The notes: a model not told the origin generated them from the sequence alone. 55,951 nt of DNA from an uncultured virus (IMG/VR IMGVR_UViG_3300042308_001603) (IMGVR_UViG_3300042308_001603); one strand, 5' to 3'; counted from the stretch's first letter, positions 9,841 through 20,575 are shown. Translations and numbers: made by a program.

Positions 9841-10974
9841 TTATCCTATATAAATTGTCATTGGAGACTGTCCTAATTCACTTTGACGTGCTACTGATTC
9901 TGCTGCTTTTCTTTCAAGTAATGCTTGAGTTGAAGTTTCATTAAAATATGTTCTTAATCTTTCAATTAAAGAATTTTTTTCTGATGTAGCAGCTGCAATT
10001 AAATCTGATTGATTTAAAGTAACTTCTGCACCAGGAATAGGAACTTGAGTGTATTTTCCACGAACATATCCTAATATTTCTTTACATATAGATAAAGTAT
10101 ATTCAAATATCCATTGTCTACCAATTGAATTAATTTGAGTATAATTTGGATTAGCAAAATTAGTATTTGAAGCATTTGTAACAGAACTAGGAGCTTGTAC
10201 AATTACACTATTTAATCTTTCTTCCATGTTTAAATATTGGAACCAGATTCTATTTCCGTTTTCTGTAGGTATAGGGAAAATTCTTAATTTATTGTTTATA
10301 AGTTCAAATGTGTAATCAGATAAAGCAACTTGATTTTGCATTTCAACTGCTTGAGCAGATTGAATTAGTAGACTTGTAGGATACATTAAGAATCCTGTAG
10401 CGCCAAATAAACCATAGCTACCAACTGAAGGTACACCACCTAAACCTGAAAATATATTTAAGTTATATACTTGATTAACTGCAGGGAGTGGTTGCCAGAA
10501 TATTCTTTTAATTTCCATCCCACCAGTAACATTATTTTCAAGAGCCCATTGATTGAAATCATAATCTTGAAGACTTGCTGTTGTTACGAATGAACCACTA
10601 TACCAATTTACATTTCCTCCTGCTCCTGCTTCTACTCCATATTGTTGAGATAATCTAATTACATTAGCTAAACTTGGAGTGATATTTGCATGATTCATGT
10701 TTGATGAAGTTGGAGCACCAATTACATTTAATAAATTATCTCTTACTTGAAAAGCATATAATTCGTTTCCGTATGTTGTGATTGCTTCTTCAAAAGCAGC
10801 ATAGAAGTTGATGTCTTGTAATTCAACTTCCATTATAGGATATCCTAGTCTTCGAGCACAAAAAGTTGTTACTTTATCTGCGTCGACTTGAAATTGATAG
10901 TCGTTATCATAAAACCCAAATGGAGTATCTCCAGGGAAAAATGAGCTAGAACCAGGATAAATAGGGATATTCAT
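9841..10974 (-). CDS. gp13: Neck/head-tail adaptor protein (T4 gp13-like)
   Basis: RRLGYPIMEVEL and KEILGYVRGKY...IPG..VTLN motifs. Confidence 0.85.
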   Translation of the reverse strand: MNIPIYPGSSSFFPGDTPFGFYDNDYQFQVDADKVTTFCARRLGYPIMEVELQDINFYAAFEEAITTYGNELYAFQVRDNLLNVIGAPTSSNMNHANITPSLANVIRLSQQYGVEAGAGGNVNWYSGSFVTTASLQDYDFNQWALENNVTGGMEIKRIFWQPLPAVNQVYNLNIFSGLGGVPSVGSYGLFGATGFLMYPTSLLIQSAQAVEMQNQVALSDYTFELINNKLRIFPIPTENGNRIWFQYLNMEERLNSVIVQAPSSVTNASNTNFANPNYTQINSIGRQWIFEYTLSICKEILGYVRGKYTQVPIPGAEVTLNQSDLIAAATSEKNSLIERLRTYFNETSTQALLERKAAESVARQSELGQSPMTIYIG

Positions 10975-11063
10975 AATGATAATTTATTATAAATATGGTT
11001 AAAGGACAAAAATGCTCCAAACATTTAAGTATGGAGTACTAATGTTTATAAATTTAATATTTT

Positions 11064-11273
11064 TTAGTTTTGAAAATCTTCAGGTGTTTCTGCTAATATA
11101 GCATATCCTGGGTCTCCATCTGTTTTTTTAAAATTAAGAATATTTCCGTCGATAGAAGGATTAATAATTACATCAGACCTTTCATCTAGAAATGTTTGAA
11201 TATCATCTGTTAGTTGACTAATACCCATATTTTCAGGGCAATCTGGTCTATTAAAGTAAATTAGTGTTTTCAT
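11064..11273 (-). CDS. Small hypothetical protein, paralogue of 20624..20848
   Basis: MKTLIYFNRPDCP...GYAIL.ETP.DFQN shared by both copies. Confidence 0.8.
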   Translation of the reverse strand: MKTLIYFNRPDCPENMGISQLTDDIQTFLDERSDVIINPSIDGNILNFKKTDGDPGYAILAETPEDFQN

Positions 11274-11276
11274 GTT

Positions 11277-11654
11277 TTATTTATTGCTATTAAAAGTAAA
11301 TTCTGTCCATTCACCATTTACCCATACGTATGCTTTGTTATTATCTGGTGTTGGCTTAGGAGTTTCGCATCTAAAATTATTATTTAAAATCCATTCATTA
11401 AAGGGTATTAAAGAAGTAAAAGTATTATTAACTTCATTCCAAACATCTCCTACTCCGGCGTAAGTGTTTGTTGAATTAGATCTATAAAATGCCTGTTTTA
11501 TAGTATCGTATGGATATATAGTTTTTACATTTAGCGATTCTATATAATCAATACCAAGTTGTTCAACCTGAGAACCACTTACAGTAATAGTTTGATGATC
11601 GATTAACATAACTGCTATTACAATGTTTTCTTTAATTAATACAAAATTTGCCAT
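11277..11654 (-). CDS. Fibre-associated/chaperone-like protein
   Basis: MANF...YAGVG..W...F...W motif commonly found next to Gly-rich fibre genes. Confidence 0.6.
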   Translation of the reverse strand: MANFVLIKENIVIAVMLIDHQTITVSGSQVEQLGIDYIESLNVKTIYPYDTIKQAFYRSNSTNTYAGVGDVWNEVNNTFTSLIPFNEWILNNNFRCETPKPTPDNNKAYVWVNGEWTEFTFNSNK

Positions 11655-12553
11655 TATTGAAATTTATACTTTATTATTACAATGCCTGAGCCTCCGTTTC
11701 CGCCTGCTCCTGCTGCGAGGTAATTACGACCACCACCACCGCCACCAGTATTATCAGCACCATTATTACCTGGGTTACTATTTTGAGTTCCATCACCACC
11801 ACCGCCAACTCCTCCAGTACCACCTGCATCAAAACCTCCTCCTCCGCCTCCGCCTCCGGCATAGTAAGCTCCATCTCCACCACCTATCATTGAGAAAGTT
11901 CCTGCTCCGCCATTACCTCCTTCATATCCTGTACTACTTACACCTATAGCTGAAGCACCGCCACCGCCACCACCACCATATATGCCGGCAGTGCCAGATC
12001 CACCGTCATTACCTTGACCTGCTGTTGCTGCTCCTCCATCACCATCTGCCTCGACAGTGTGGCCTACACCTCCTCCCGATCCACCAGCTCCGCCGTCTAA
12101 TGTACCTCCATAATATCCTCCATAACCTCCGCCTGTTGAAGTAATATTATCAAATACCGAATTACCTCCTTGAGTTCCTATAGCTTCATATTGCCCAACT
12201 CCCCCTCCGCCCACTGTGATTGGGTAAGTTTGTGCCGTGATTGAATGACTGACTGCAGTTAGAAACCCACCGGCTCCTCCACCACCAACTCCTGCTCCTC
12301 CACCGCCAGCAACAACTAAATATTCAACTACATTGTTTGGGGCTGTTCCAGCAGTGCTAACCACAAAGTTTGTATTTCCTACTGTCGTAAATGTATGTAT
12401 TTTATAATCTCCTTCTGTTGTTACAGTTCCGCCTGTTGCTGAAATAAAGGAAGCTAATCCAGGTAATGTAACTCCAGCTATCTTTGTTATAGATGCTATT
12501 GCTATTCCACTAATCTTAGTAATAGATGTTGTTTCAATTCCATTTATTTTCAT
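11654..12553 (-). CDS. Glycine-rich domain fibre protein
   Basis: ATGG..YKIHTF, EYLVVAGGGG and GGSGIVIIKY (polyglycine-II bundle type). Confidence 0.8.
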   Translation of the reverse strand: MKINGIETTSITKISGIAIASITKIAGVTLPGLASFISATGGTVTTEGDYKIHTFTTVGNTNFVVSTAGTAPNNVVEYLVVAGGGGAGVGGGGAGGFLTAVSHSITAQTYPITVGGGGVGQYEAIGTQGGNSVFDNITSTGGGYGGYYGGTLDGGAGGSGGGVGHTVEADGDGGAATAGQGNDGGSGTAGIYGGGGGGGASAIGVSSTGYEGGNGGAGTFSMIGGGDGAYYAGGGGGGGGFDAGGTGGVGGGGDGTQNSNPGNNGADNTGGGGGGRNYLAAGAGGNGGSGIVIIKYKFQ

Positions 12554-12556
12554 AAC

Positions 12557-13150
12557 TTATAATTCTATCCAAGTGTTATCTGGATTAAATGATATAATAT
12601 ATTTACCATTGGTTTGTGACGCTGGATCCCAAAATACATGACCAACTAATCTTACTACATTACCTGCCGCAGTTGGAGCGGTAAATGTTATACTTCCCGT
12701 AGTCAACGCTTCCATATATAAAGGGGTACCCATACTTCCACTGTCTATATATGTTGTTTCTACATATCCTCTAGTTAATATTGACGTCGGTTCTTCATCA
12801 CCTGGTGCATCTAATAAACAAATACCTAGCATGTTTTTTGCAGAATCTCCTATTACATCACCCCCAGCCATTAACCATTTACCAAAGCTATCTCTATAAC
12901 ATAATTGACCAAAAGATATTGATTCTCCTGCTATTTCAGAATATAAAACTTCTCCTGAGTAGTATTCACTATTCCAATCTTTTAAATATCCTAATACTGA
13001 GGTAACCCCATCTTTAATTGTTCCTGCCAACGGAGTTGGGTTAAATCCTGCTATTGTAGTACCGGTTACTGTTATTCCGCCTGTAACTCCTAGCGAGCCT
13101 GTTACTTGAATGTCTCCAAAACTACCACTATCTGTATAGAATATGCTCAT
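12557..13150 (-). CDS. Virion fibre/decoration-like protein
   Basis: VTGSL repeat N-terminus; C-terminal APT..GNVVRLVG...FNPDNTWIEL. Confidence 0.6.
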   Translation of the reverse strand: MSIFYTDSGSFGDIQVTGSLGVTGGITVTGTTIAGFNPTPLAGTIKDGVTSVLGYLKDWNSEYYSGEVLYSEIAGESISFGQLCYRDSFGKWLMAGGDVIGDSAKNMLGICLLDAPGDEEPTSILTRGYVETTYIDSGSMGTPLYMEALTTGSITFTAPTAAGNVVRLVGHVFWDPASQTNGKYIISFNPDNTWIEL

Positions 13151-13166
13151 ATATTAATAAATATTA

Positions 13167-15479
13167 TTAACTGTTAAATTCACCGTAACTTATTGCATAC
13201 CAGTAAGTGTTACCAGTTAAAGCAATGTTACTGTTTGTGTTAATTTCAAATCCGGTTGCTGATTTGTTTTGTATTGTAAATATACGAGCATCTTCTCCAG
13301 TAATTGTTACTGAGTAGCTTGGGTTAGGGAAATCTGCTGTAAATGTTATAGATGTAGTTAAAGGAGTTCCTCCAAACATTCCTGGTGGTACTGAATTTGA
13401 TTTTATTATACTACCATTTATATAAGAGGCAGTTGAAGCATAAGATGCACTTATAGAATCTGAAGCCCAACTTGATGTTCCTTGTAATGAGCCTGTAAAT
13501 CCTAAAGTTGATGTAATTGATCCAGTTACCTCTAAACTACCAGTAATAATAGCACTTCCAGTAAAAGGGAATATTGGTGCATATGTTGATGCATATGATG
13601 CTGTTAATGCTTGAGTTGCATAACTTGCTGTTCCAAACAATGAGCCTGTAAATGCAGATGCTGATATGATTGAAGCTGTGATTGGAGTGTTAAAATTAGC
13701 TCCTCCTCCTGATGCTCTTAAACCTGTATTAGTAAGTAAAGTATCAATTGCTGTGGAGGCGGTAGGTTGTACTATTGGTGTTGCATTCCAAAAAGCTATT
13801 TTTTGAGCTATTGTTGTGCCTATTTTTGTGCCAGTTGTTGTGCCGAAAGCAATATTAAATGCGTCTTTATATGTAATTACTGTGGATGTAACATTAAATG
13901 AATCAGTACCGTTAATTCTTATGTTAACAGTTGTTTTTCCGTTAATTAAAGTGCTTACATTATCAATACCACTTATTGAATAATTACCACCATCAGGTGA
14001 TGTTTGATTAAAATATAAAGCACCCAAGTTACTAAAATATTCACCTGACCTAATTCGTCCAGAACCAGCACCTGTGTTAATTAAAATATTCCCACCAAAC
14101 CCAGCAGCGTAATTGTTAGTTATGGTTGCATTAGTTCCTGCGGTTGCTGCTTCTACGAATAAACCGTAAACATTTGTAGCTGTACTTGCTCCTGCAAAAG
14201 CTAAAGTCTGAGATGGTAAGTAAGTAAATCTTTGAGTTGCTAAAGTTCCTGCTATAAGAGTTGTTGTAGCAGCATTTACTCTAAATATGTTTATTTCTGT
14301 ACTTGATACATTACCTGTTGTGCTTGCTGGACTAAAAGAGAATAAAGATGGACTTCCTTGTGATGGATTGTATCTAAATCTTTCAACTCCAAGATTGGTT
14401 GCTAATATAATATTATTGGATAAACTGGAAGATAAGCCTGTTATACTATTTCCAATAAACACATTGTTTGAGCCAATAGTAACACCACCTCCAGCATCGT
14501 ATCCTAGTGCTACATTACTTTGACCAGTTGTTAAGTTGTATAAAGCATAACCACCAACAGCAATATTACTGTTTGATGTGGCTTGATATAATGTAAGTCC
14601 TCCTATTGCTACATTGTTATTTCCTGAAATATTACTAAATAAAGATAGGTAGCCCATGGCTACATTTAAACTACCACCTGCAACCTTATTGGCTGCTGAA
14701 AACCCAAATGCTGTATTTTGTCTACTTGCTAAATCATCTTTAACACCACACAAATCTCCAAAATAAGTTGAATTACCTAATCCATATTGTCCAACCCTTC
14801 CACTAAAACCTGCGGCATAATTGTTAGTAATTGTAGCGTTTGTTCCTGCTGCTGCTGCTTCTACGAATAAACCGTAAACATTTGTAGCTGTACTCGCGCC
14901 AACAAAAGAGGCTGTGTTAGCTGTGAAGTAGTTGAAGTATTGATTTGCTAAAGTTCCTGTTGCCCATTGCTTATTAGCGCCTGTTACTCTAAAGTTAGGA
15001 ATGTTTGTTGATAGGGTTTGGTTTGTATGAGCTGCTGCTATAAATGTAAAATCTTGGCGAGCAGAACCAGCTCCTGCATATGGGGTAAAATTAATTTGAT
15101 TAACTGAGGCTACATTAAATTCAGCCATTAAGTTAAGGCTTGATCTAAGTTGAATTTGATAAAGAGCTTGTAAAGTTGCAGTGTTACCTCCTCCTGAAAG
15201 GAAATTATTTGTGTTAGTTAAGTTAACTATAGGTGTTGTAACACTGGTTGTATTTGAAATACTTCCTGTTACTCCTAAACTACCAGTTATAATAGCGCTT
15301 CCAGTAAATGGAAACACAGGAGCATATGTTGAAGCGTATGATGCTGTTAAAGCTTGAGTTGCATAGCTTGCTGTTCCTAATAATGAACCAGTTATACCTT
15401 GAGTTACAATTAATGAACCGGTTACGGTTGAGTTATTCTGTGCAATGAGACCATTGCGAGCTATAAATTCGTTTGCCAT
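13167..15479 (-). CDS. Fibre protein with GTASYA repeats and N-x-A-x-G beta-roll repeats
   Basis: 770 aa; GSLxGTASYA and FTGSAIITGSL repeats, NTAFG/NVAMG/NVAIG/NIAVG/NVALG repeats. Confidence 0.8.
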   Translation of the reverse strand: MANEFIARNGLIAQNNSTVTGSLIVTQGITGSLLGTASYATQALTASYASTYAPVFPFTGSAIITGSLGVTGSISNTTSVTTPIVNLTNTNNFLSGGGNTATLQALYQIQLRSSLNLMAEFNVASVNQINFTPYAGAGSARQDFTFIAAAHTNQTLSTNIPNFRVTGANKQWATGTLANQYFNYFTANTASFVGASTATNVYGLFVEAAAAGTNATITNNYAAGFSGRVGQYGLGNSTYFGDLCGVKDDLASRQNTAFGFSAANKVAGGSLNVAMGYLSLFSNISGNNNVAIGGLTLYQATSNSNIAVGGYALYNLTTGQSNVALGYDAGGGVTIGSNNVFIGNSITGLSSSLSNNIILATNLGVERFRYNPSQGSPSLFSFSPASTTGNVSSTEINIFRVNAATTTLIAGTLATQRFTYLPSQTLAFAGASTATNVYGLFVEAATAGTNATITNNYAAGFGGNILINTGAGSGRIRSGEYFSNLGALYFNQTSPDGGNYSISGIDNVSTLINGKTTVNIRINGTDSFNVTSTVITYKDAFNIAFGTTTGTKIGTTIAQKIAFWNATPIVQPTASTAIDTLLTNTGLRASGGGANFNTPITASIISASAFTGSLFGTASYATQALTASYASTYAPIFPFTGSAIITGSLEVTGSITSTLGFTGSLQGTSSWASDSISASYASTASYINGSIIKSNSVPPGMFGGTPLTTSITFTADFPNPSYSVTITGEDARIFTIQNKSATGFEINTNSNIALTGNTYWYAISYGEFNS

Positions 15480-15484
15480 GTTTT

Positions 15485-15506
15485 TTAGTTTTCCCTATCC
15501 AACTAA
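15485..15506 (-). promoter_or_regulatory. Leader hairpin with purine-rich loop upstream of the 770 aa fibre gene
   Basis: TTAGTT-GGATAGGGAA-AACTAA between the ATATTTAT motif and the ATG. Confidence 0.45.
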
Positions 15507-15524
15507 TTTCTAATATAAATATGC

Positions 15525-18500
15525 TTATATAAAGGTAGTTAACATTTTTATTGTCCAACCTGATGAAGCTGCTACTGCATCTATTTGTATATTACTTGAA
15601 ACTATTGCAGAAGTAAAAGTTATGTCTGCTGTATTTCCTATATCTGTTGTTGATGTGTCTGTGTAAGTTGTTGTGGTTCCATTCCATACTGTAATAAATT
15701 CTCCTGCTCTTGCATTTGATCCATTAAACAAGGTATATTTTCCATGAGCAGATGTTCGTGAACCTGTAGCTTGAGTAAATAGGTTGTTTGAACCTACTAT
15801 AGTTGAGTTTATAGTAGCAGAATCTGTTAGTGTTCCATCTAATATTAAAGTACCTTCTACTACAAAATTAGTAGCATAGGATGAAGTTGTTGCATAACTT
15901 GCACTTGTTGCTGATCCTGATAAGTTTCCTATAAATGCAGATGCTGATATAATAGAGGCTGTGATTGGAGTATCAAAATTAGCTCCTCCTCCTGTTGCTC
16001 TTAAACCAATTCTCTCTACTAAAGTATCAATTGCTGTTGAAGAAACAGATTGAGTGACTGGGGTAGCATTCCAAAAAGATAGTTTTTGAGCTGTTGCTGT
16101 TCCGAATTTAGTTCCTGTGGTTGAGCCAAATACATAATTAATACCATCTGTTGTAGTTATAGCACTTGTAGATATTAAAACAATAGTTTGATTTGTTACA
16201 AGATTTAAACTTGTAGTTCCTCTAATATAGGTATCGGGTCCACCAGAAGCCAAAGTATAATTAGTTCCTGAAGGTGTAGCTTGGTTCATATAGATAGCAC
16301 TATATGTGCTAGCACCTACTAATGATTGAAATTTAATACCATTAGTTCCATTATCTAGTTGATGTATATTACCTTGAAACCCAGCAGCATAATTGTTAGT
16401 TATTGTAGCGTTTGTTCCTGCTGTTGCTGCTTCTACATATAAACCATATGAACTAGTTATTGTTGATGCTCCAACAAACGTATATGTGTTTGTTTTTATC
16501 CAGTGTTCTCTTTGAGTTGTAATATTACCAGTATTCCACTGACGAGAATAAGAATTATAAATTACTCCTGGAGCTTCTGTTGTAGCTGTTTGTCCAGTAT
16601 GACTTGGTAGAGTCCATTCTAATGATTTAGCAGTACCAGATGGTCTAGTATTTTGTAAATACATTCGAGAAGAAGCTCCATGCATTAAATAAACATTAGA
16701 AATCGCATTTAATCTAGTATCTGAGGCATCACCTGTAAGCATCCAGTTTGAGTTAGATCTTGTAGTTACAGATCCCCAAATTGCTGCTCCATATCCTGTA
16801 GCACTGCCTAAAGTAACGCTATCAGAACCAGTAACCATTTGTATAAAACCATTAGTTCCTAAAGCGTAATTATTAGTAATAGTAGCATTAGTTCCTGCAG
16901 TTGCTGCTTCAACAAATAAGCCGTATGAACTTGTTACTGTTGATGCACCAACAAAAGAGGCTGTGTTAGCTGTTAAGTAGTTCCAATATTGGTTTGCAAT
17001 GTTACCTGTATTCCACTGTTTACTATTACCTAAAATTTTAAAGTTAGGTATATTAGTACTAGCATTTAAAGTTGTATCACTAGGAATAGTTAACTGCCAT
17101 TTAATGACAGTTCCGGTTGTTGCAGCTGATGGAGTATGTAATTGAAAGTTAGGACCTACTCTAATTTGTGATGTAGCTCCAATTTGTAAATATAATGAAT
17201 TACTTGATTTTCCATTTAAGTAAATAGAACTACCATCATCCATTAATGTATAGTTATTTGAACTTGGAGTTAATTGATTAGTATAAAAAGCAAATCCAGT
17301 TCCTGTACCTACTAAACTTCCTATATCTCCAAATGCTGTGTCTTGTCCTATTCTTATTAATCTTTGAGAAGCAGTTGTTTTGTTTCCAATATTTACAAAA
17401 TCACTTCCTGTAACTAATGCTCTTATTGAACCAGTTACCTCTAAACTTCCAGTTATAATTGCACTACCTGTAAAAGGAAATACAGGAGCATATGTTGATG
17501 CATATGATGCTGTTAATGCTTGGGTTGCATAACTTGCTGTTCCGAATAATGAACCTGTGAATTGTCCAGTAAATGAACCTGAAAATGATCCTGTATTTGA
17601 TAAAAATTGATCTACTCTATTTACAGTTACTATTACAGAAGGGATACCTGGGTGTGTTGCTGAGATTGTTTCTGCTAATAATCTTAGATTAGTATCGGCT
17701 GATATCCATATAATTTGGTAATAATCTCCAGCCGCTGAAGAGACAAACCAGTTCCAAGCTGCTACTTGTTTGTCATTGTTGCCACTTAATGTTAAAGTAG
17801 TTGCTGTGTCAGTTAAATCAATTTCATTTTTACGTAACCATATTACTATTTCGTCTGCTCCACTATCTGTTTTATCTACCTGTGCTGAGAATTGTATATT
17901 ATATATTCCAGCATTTTCTGTTTTAATATATGTGTTAAAAGGATTTGTTGACCCAGATATTGATACACCGTTTGTTATGTCTGTTGAATTGAAAGACATT
18001 GAACGAGGTACATTAGCTATAGAATTAGTTTGAGTTGTTGTATCATAAAAACTACCATATGATCCTGTTGCTGTATTAAAAATTGTACTTCCACTTAATG
18101 TAGCACTAACTGTGACTTGTCCTAAACCATTAGTTGGTGATAGTGTTATATTTGGTCCTGCTAGTAATTGTGTTACTCCTCCGTTTAAAGCATATGATGC
18201 TGTTAAAGCTTGATTAGCATATGATGCTGTTCCAAATAGTGATCCAGTTATTGACGGTATATTTGCACTCCCTGTTAATTGTAGACTTCCACTTATTTTT
18301 ACTGTTCCTACTAAGGTTTGAGTGTCGTTAGTTGCGTCTCCAAATTGATTTGAGCCAGAAGAGTAAATTACAGAAGCAGATTCGTAAGTCACATTTAAAT
18401 AAGCTATAGAAGCTGTACCATTAATGTTTACATTACCGTTGATTGTAACGTCTTGGTTTAATGTATTTAAGTATGAAGATGTTAATGTTTGATTAGCATA

Positions 18501-20195
18501 AGATGCTGTTCCAAATAAACTACCTGTAAATCCTAAAGTTGATGTAATTGATCCAGTTACCTCTAAACTTCCAGTAATAATTGCACTTCCAGTAAAAGGA
18601 AATGATGAAGCATTAGCTACGTATGATGCAGTTAAAGCATATGAACTACTTAAGGCTTGTAAAGCATAAGATGCAGTTGCGGGAACATTTGCTGCATATG
18701 ATGCAGTTAAAGCAAATGATGAACTTAAAGCCTGGTTTGTATAAGAAGCAGTACCAAGTAGAGATCCTGTTAGTCCAGTTGTAGATTCTATTGAACCAGT
18801 AACTATTAAACTTCCAGTTATAATTGCACTTCCAGTATATGGAAATGGAGATACATATCCTGCTAAGTAGGAAGCAGTCAAAGCATATGAACTACTTATA
18901 GCATTTAAAACATAAGAAGCAGTTTGAGCTAAATTAACGTATGAAGCAGTTTGAGCATTCTCTACATAACTAGCAGTTAAAGCATTTTCAGCATACGATG
19001 CAGTTCCTAGTAAAGAACCAGTAAATGCGGTTGCTGTTATATTACCTGGTGCTGTTAATGAACCACTTGTATTAAATATCCATTGATGGGTATCTAAATT
19101 AGTACCTATAACAACATTACCAGCATTCTTTTCAATCTTAACATATTGATCATCATCACCTAAGTATAAATCAACAGTTGTTGGATCGCCTGATAATAAA
19201 TGAACGTGACTGTGTTCTGAACTGGTTATATTATTGTTAGTTACAGTAATAAATGTACCGTTAGGCAATCCATTGGCTTCAAAATTATAATATAATGTTG
19301 TGCTTCCAGTATACCCAGGTCCTGCAGATAAATAAGTTCCTGCAACTGATGTTACTGTAAGTGTAAAATCAGTAATACTACTATTAGAAGGTATAGTCCA
19401 AATAATATCTTCTACAGCTTGACCTTGCTGGAAAGTAGCTTGACCAATTAATGGACGACCTAATGATTGTTGAGTTACTCCTGTACCTGTAATTTCATAA
19501 TTAAGTGTACCAAAATATCCAATACCTAAACCGCTTGTATTTCCTAGACAGTTTATTGAGACTGTAATAGGATCTCCATATACAATGAAACCACTTGAAG
19601 TTATTGACCATGTCGAAACAGTAGGACGAATAACTAAACTCTGTCCGGGAAGTGCTGTTGGTGGTGTAAGTACTAGGTTGCTACCACTTTCGTTAATAAT
19701 ACTACCACTACCTAAATAAATCGATCCACTTATGGTTTGATTTCCTAATATATTTACTGAGCCAGTAAATTCAGCTAATCCAATATTTCTAAATGTGTTT
19801 GAACCACTTATAACAAATGAACCTGTAACTTGAATACTGCTTGTAGTATTCCAAATGTTATTTCCTATATAAGTAAATGGAGCAGAAGAACCAGATGGAC
19901 CTATAGGACCTTGTGAACCAGAAGGACCAATTGAGCCAGAAGGACCTTGTGAACCAGAAGGACCTTGTGAACCAGAAGGACCAATTGAGCCAGAAGGACC
20001 AATTGAGCCAGAAGAACCTTGTGGTCCTAAAGGACCTGTTAGTACTTGTACTACAGAAGTTATTGGTTGAGTAACATCAACATTAGTACAACAATTATTA
20101 TCTATTACTGTTATACTTTTATTATTGTCTAACAATACAACTTGGTTGTTGTTAGGAATAATATTTGTAGGTCCTATACAATTATTATTTGACAT
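15525..20195 (-). CDS. Long fibre protein (collagen-like, TASYA repeats, C1q/BclA-like domain)
   Basis: 1556 aa; GPSGSQ/I collagen repeats, many TASYA repeats, YGSFYD...AGIYNIQFSAQ domain. Confidence 0.85.
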   Translation of the reverse strand: MSNNNCIGPTNIIPNNNQVVLLDNNKSITVIDNNCCTNVDVTQPITSVVQVLTGPLGPQGSSGSIGPSGSIGPSGSQGPSGSQGPSGSIGPSGSQGPIGPSGSSAPFTYIGNNIWNTTSSIQVTGSFVISGSNTFRNIGLAEFTGSVNILGNQTISGSIYLGSGSIINESGSNLVLTPPTALPGQSLVIRPTVSTWSITSSGFIVYGDPITVSINCLGNTSGLGIGYFGTLNYEITGTGVTQQSLGRPLIGQATFQQGQAVEDIIWTIPSNSSITDFTLTVTSVAGTYLSAGPGYTGSTTLYYNFEANGLPNGTFITVTNNNITSSEHSHVHLLSGDPTTVDLYLGDDDQYVKIEKNAGNVVIGTNLDTHQWIFNTSGSLTAPGNITATAFTGSLLGTASYAENALTASYVENAQTASYVNLAQTASYVLNAISSSYALTASYLAGYVSPFPYTGSAIITGSLIVTGSIESTTGLTGSLLGTASYTNQALSSSFALTASYAANVPATASYALQALSSSYALTASYVANASSFPFTGSAIITGSLEVTGSITSTLGFTGSLFGTASYANQTLTSSYLNTLNQDVTINGNVNINGTASIAYLNVTYESASVIYSSGSNQFGDATNDTQTLVGTVKISGSLQLTGSANIPSITGSLFGTASYANQALTASYALNGGVTQLLAGPNITLSPTNGLGQVTVSATLSGSTIFNTATGSYGSFYDTTTQTNSIANVPRSMSFNSTDITNGVSISGSTNPFNTYIKTENAGIYNIQFSAQVDKTDSGADEIVIWLRKNEIDLTDTATTLTLSGNNDKQVAAWNWFVSSAAGDYYQIIWISADTNLRLLAETISATHPGIPSVIVTVNRVDQFLSNTGSFSGSFTGQFTGSLFGTASYATQALTASYASTYAPVFPFTGSAIITGSLEVTGSIRALVTGSDFVNIGNKTTASQRLIRIGQDTAFGDIGSLVGTGTGFAFYTNQLTPSSNNYTLMDDGSSIYLNGKSSNSLYLQIGATSQIRVGPNFQLHTPSAATTGTVIKWQLTIPSDTTLNASTNIPNFKILGNSKQWNTGNIANQYWNYLTANTASFVGASTVTSSYGLFVEAATAGTNATITNNYALGTNGFIQMVTGSDSVTLGSATGYGAAIWGSVTTRSNSNWMLTGDASDTRLNAISNVYLMHGASSRMYLQNTRPSGTAKSLEWTLPSHTGQTATTEAPGVIYNSYSRQWNTGNITTQREHWIKTNTYTFVGASTITSSYGLYVEAATAGTNATITNNYAAGFQGNIHQLDNGTNGIKFQSLVGASTYSAIYMNQATPSGTNYTLASGGPDTYIRGTTSLNLVTNQTIVLISTSAITTTDGINYVFGSTTGTKFGTATAQKLSFWNATPVTQSVSSTAIDTLVERIGLRATGGGANFDTPITASIISASAFIGNLSGSATSASYATTSSYATNFVVEGTLILDGTLTDSATINSTIVGSNNLFTQATGSRTSAHGKYTLFNGSNARAGEFITVWNGTTTTYTDTSTTDIGNTADITFTSAIVSSNIQIDAVAASSGWTIKMLTTFI
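19889..20036 (-). repeat. 18-nt tandem repeats encoding collagen-like GPSGS(Q/I)
   Basis: Repeated GGTCCTTCTGG(T/C)TCA(CAA/ATT). Confidence 0.9.
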
Positions 20196-20575
20196 TATCT
20201 AGTAACGTTAAGTGATAATTTTACTTGACCTTCTAAAATTCTTGATACAAAGCTTCCTGAATATAATTCTAAATCATATACTCCAGTATCAAAATTTAAT
20301 AAAGAAGAAGAAGCAGCTGAGATATATATTCCTATTGAACCCGAAATTGGAGGAGTTGATCCATTAGAACCACTAAAATTTAATCCAGTTCCATCTGCTG
20401 CTAATGAACTACTTAAAGTTATATAAACAGTAGATGAAGCTATAGTAGGGCGAATTTGCATTTGCCCACTATAATTTGTAAGGTTAATGGGATTCCCATT
20501 GCTATCTTTATATTGTAATTCTAAATTTAGGGTTGATCCTTGTTCTATAGTAAATGAATATCTTCCTGCTGCCAT
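20195..20575 (-). CDS. Ig-like fibre adaptor protein
   Basis: IEQGST...PINLTNY...MQIR...GVYDLEL...RILEG pattern (BppU-N-like); coupled to the long fibre gene. Confidence 0.6.
   Translation of the reverse strand: MAAGRYSFTIEQGSTLNLELQYKDSNGNPINLTNYSGQMQIRPTIASSTVYITLSSSLAADGTGLNFSGSNGSTPPISGSIGIYISAASSSLLNFDTGVYDLELYSGSFVSRILEGQVKLSLNVTR

Noticed and set aside
11008..11040. Terminator after the 69 aa gene
   Set aside because: Only a 5 bp perfect stem (CTCCA/TGGAG) with a long loop; too weak to call
11677..11883. Nested alternate-frame ORFs (also 41999..42214)
   Set aside because: By-products of Gly-rich or Lys-rich coding; no lipobox or other support
19889..20036. Short periodic repeats as a CRISPR array
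   Set aside because: In-frame collagen coding repeats without unique spacers; the Cas4-like gene is a typical phage exonuclease
13167..20195. Diversity-generating retroelement TR/VR pair
   Set aside because: Repeat differences are mostly synonymous and not adenine-specific; no reverse transcriptase in the window
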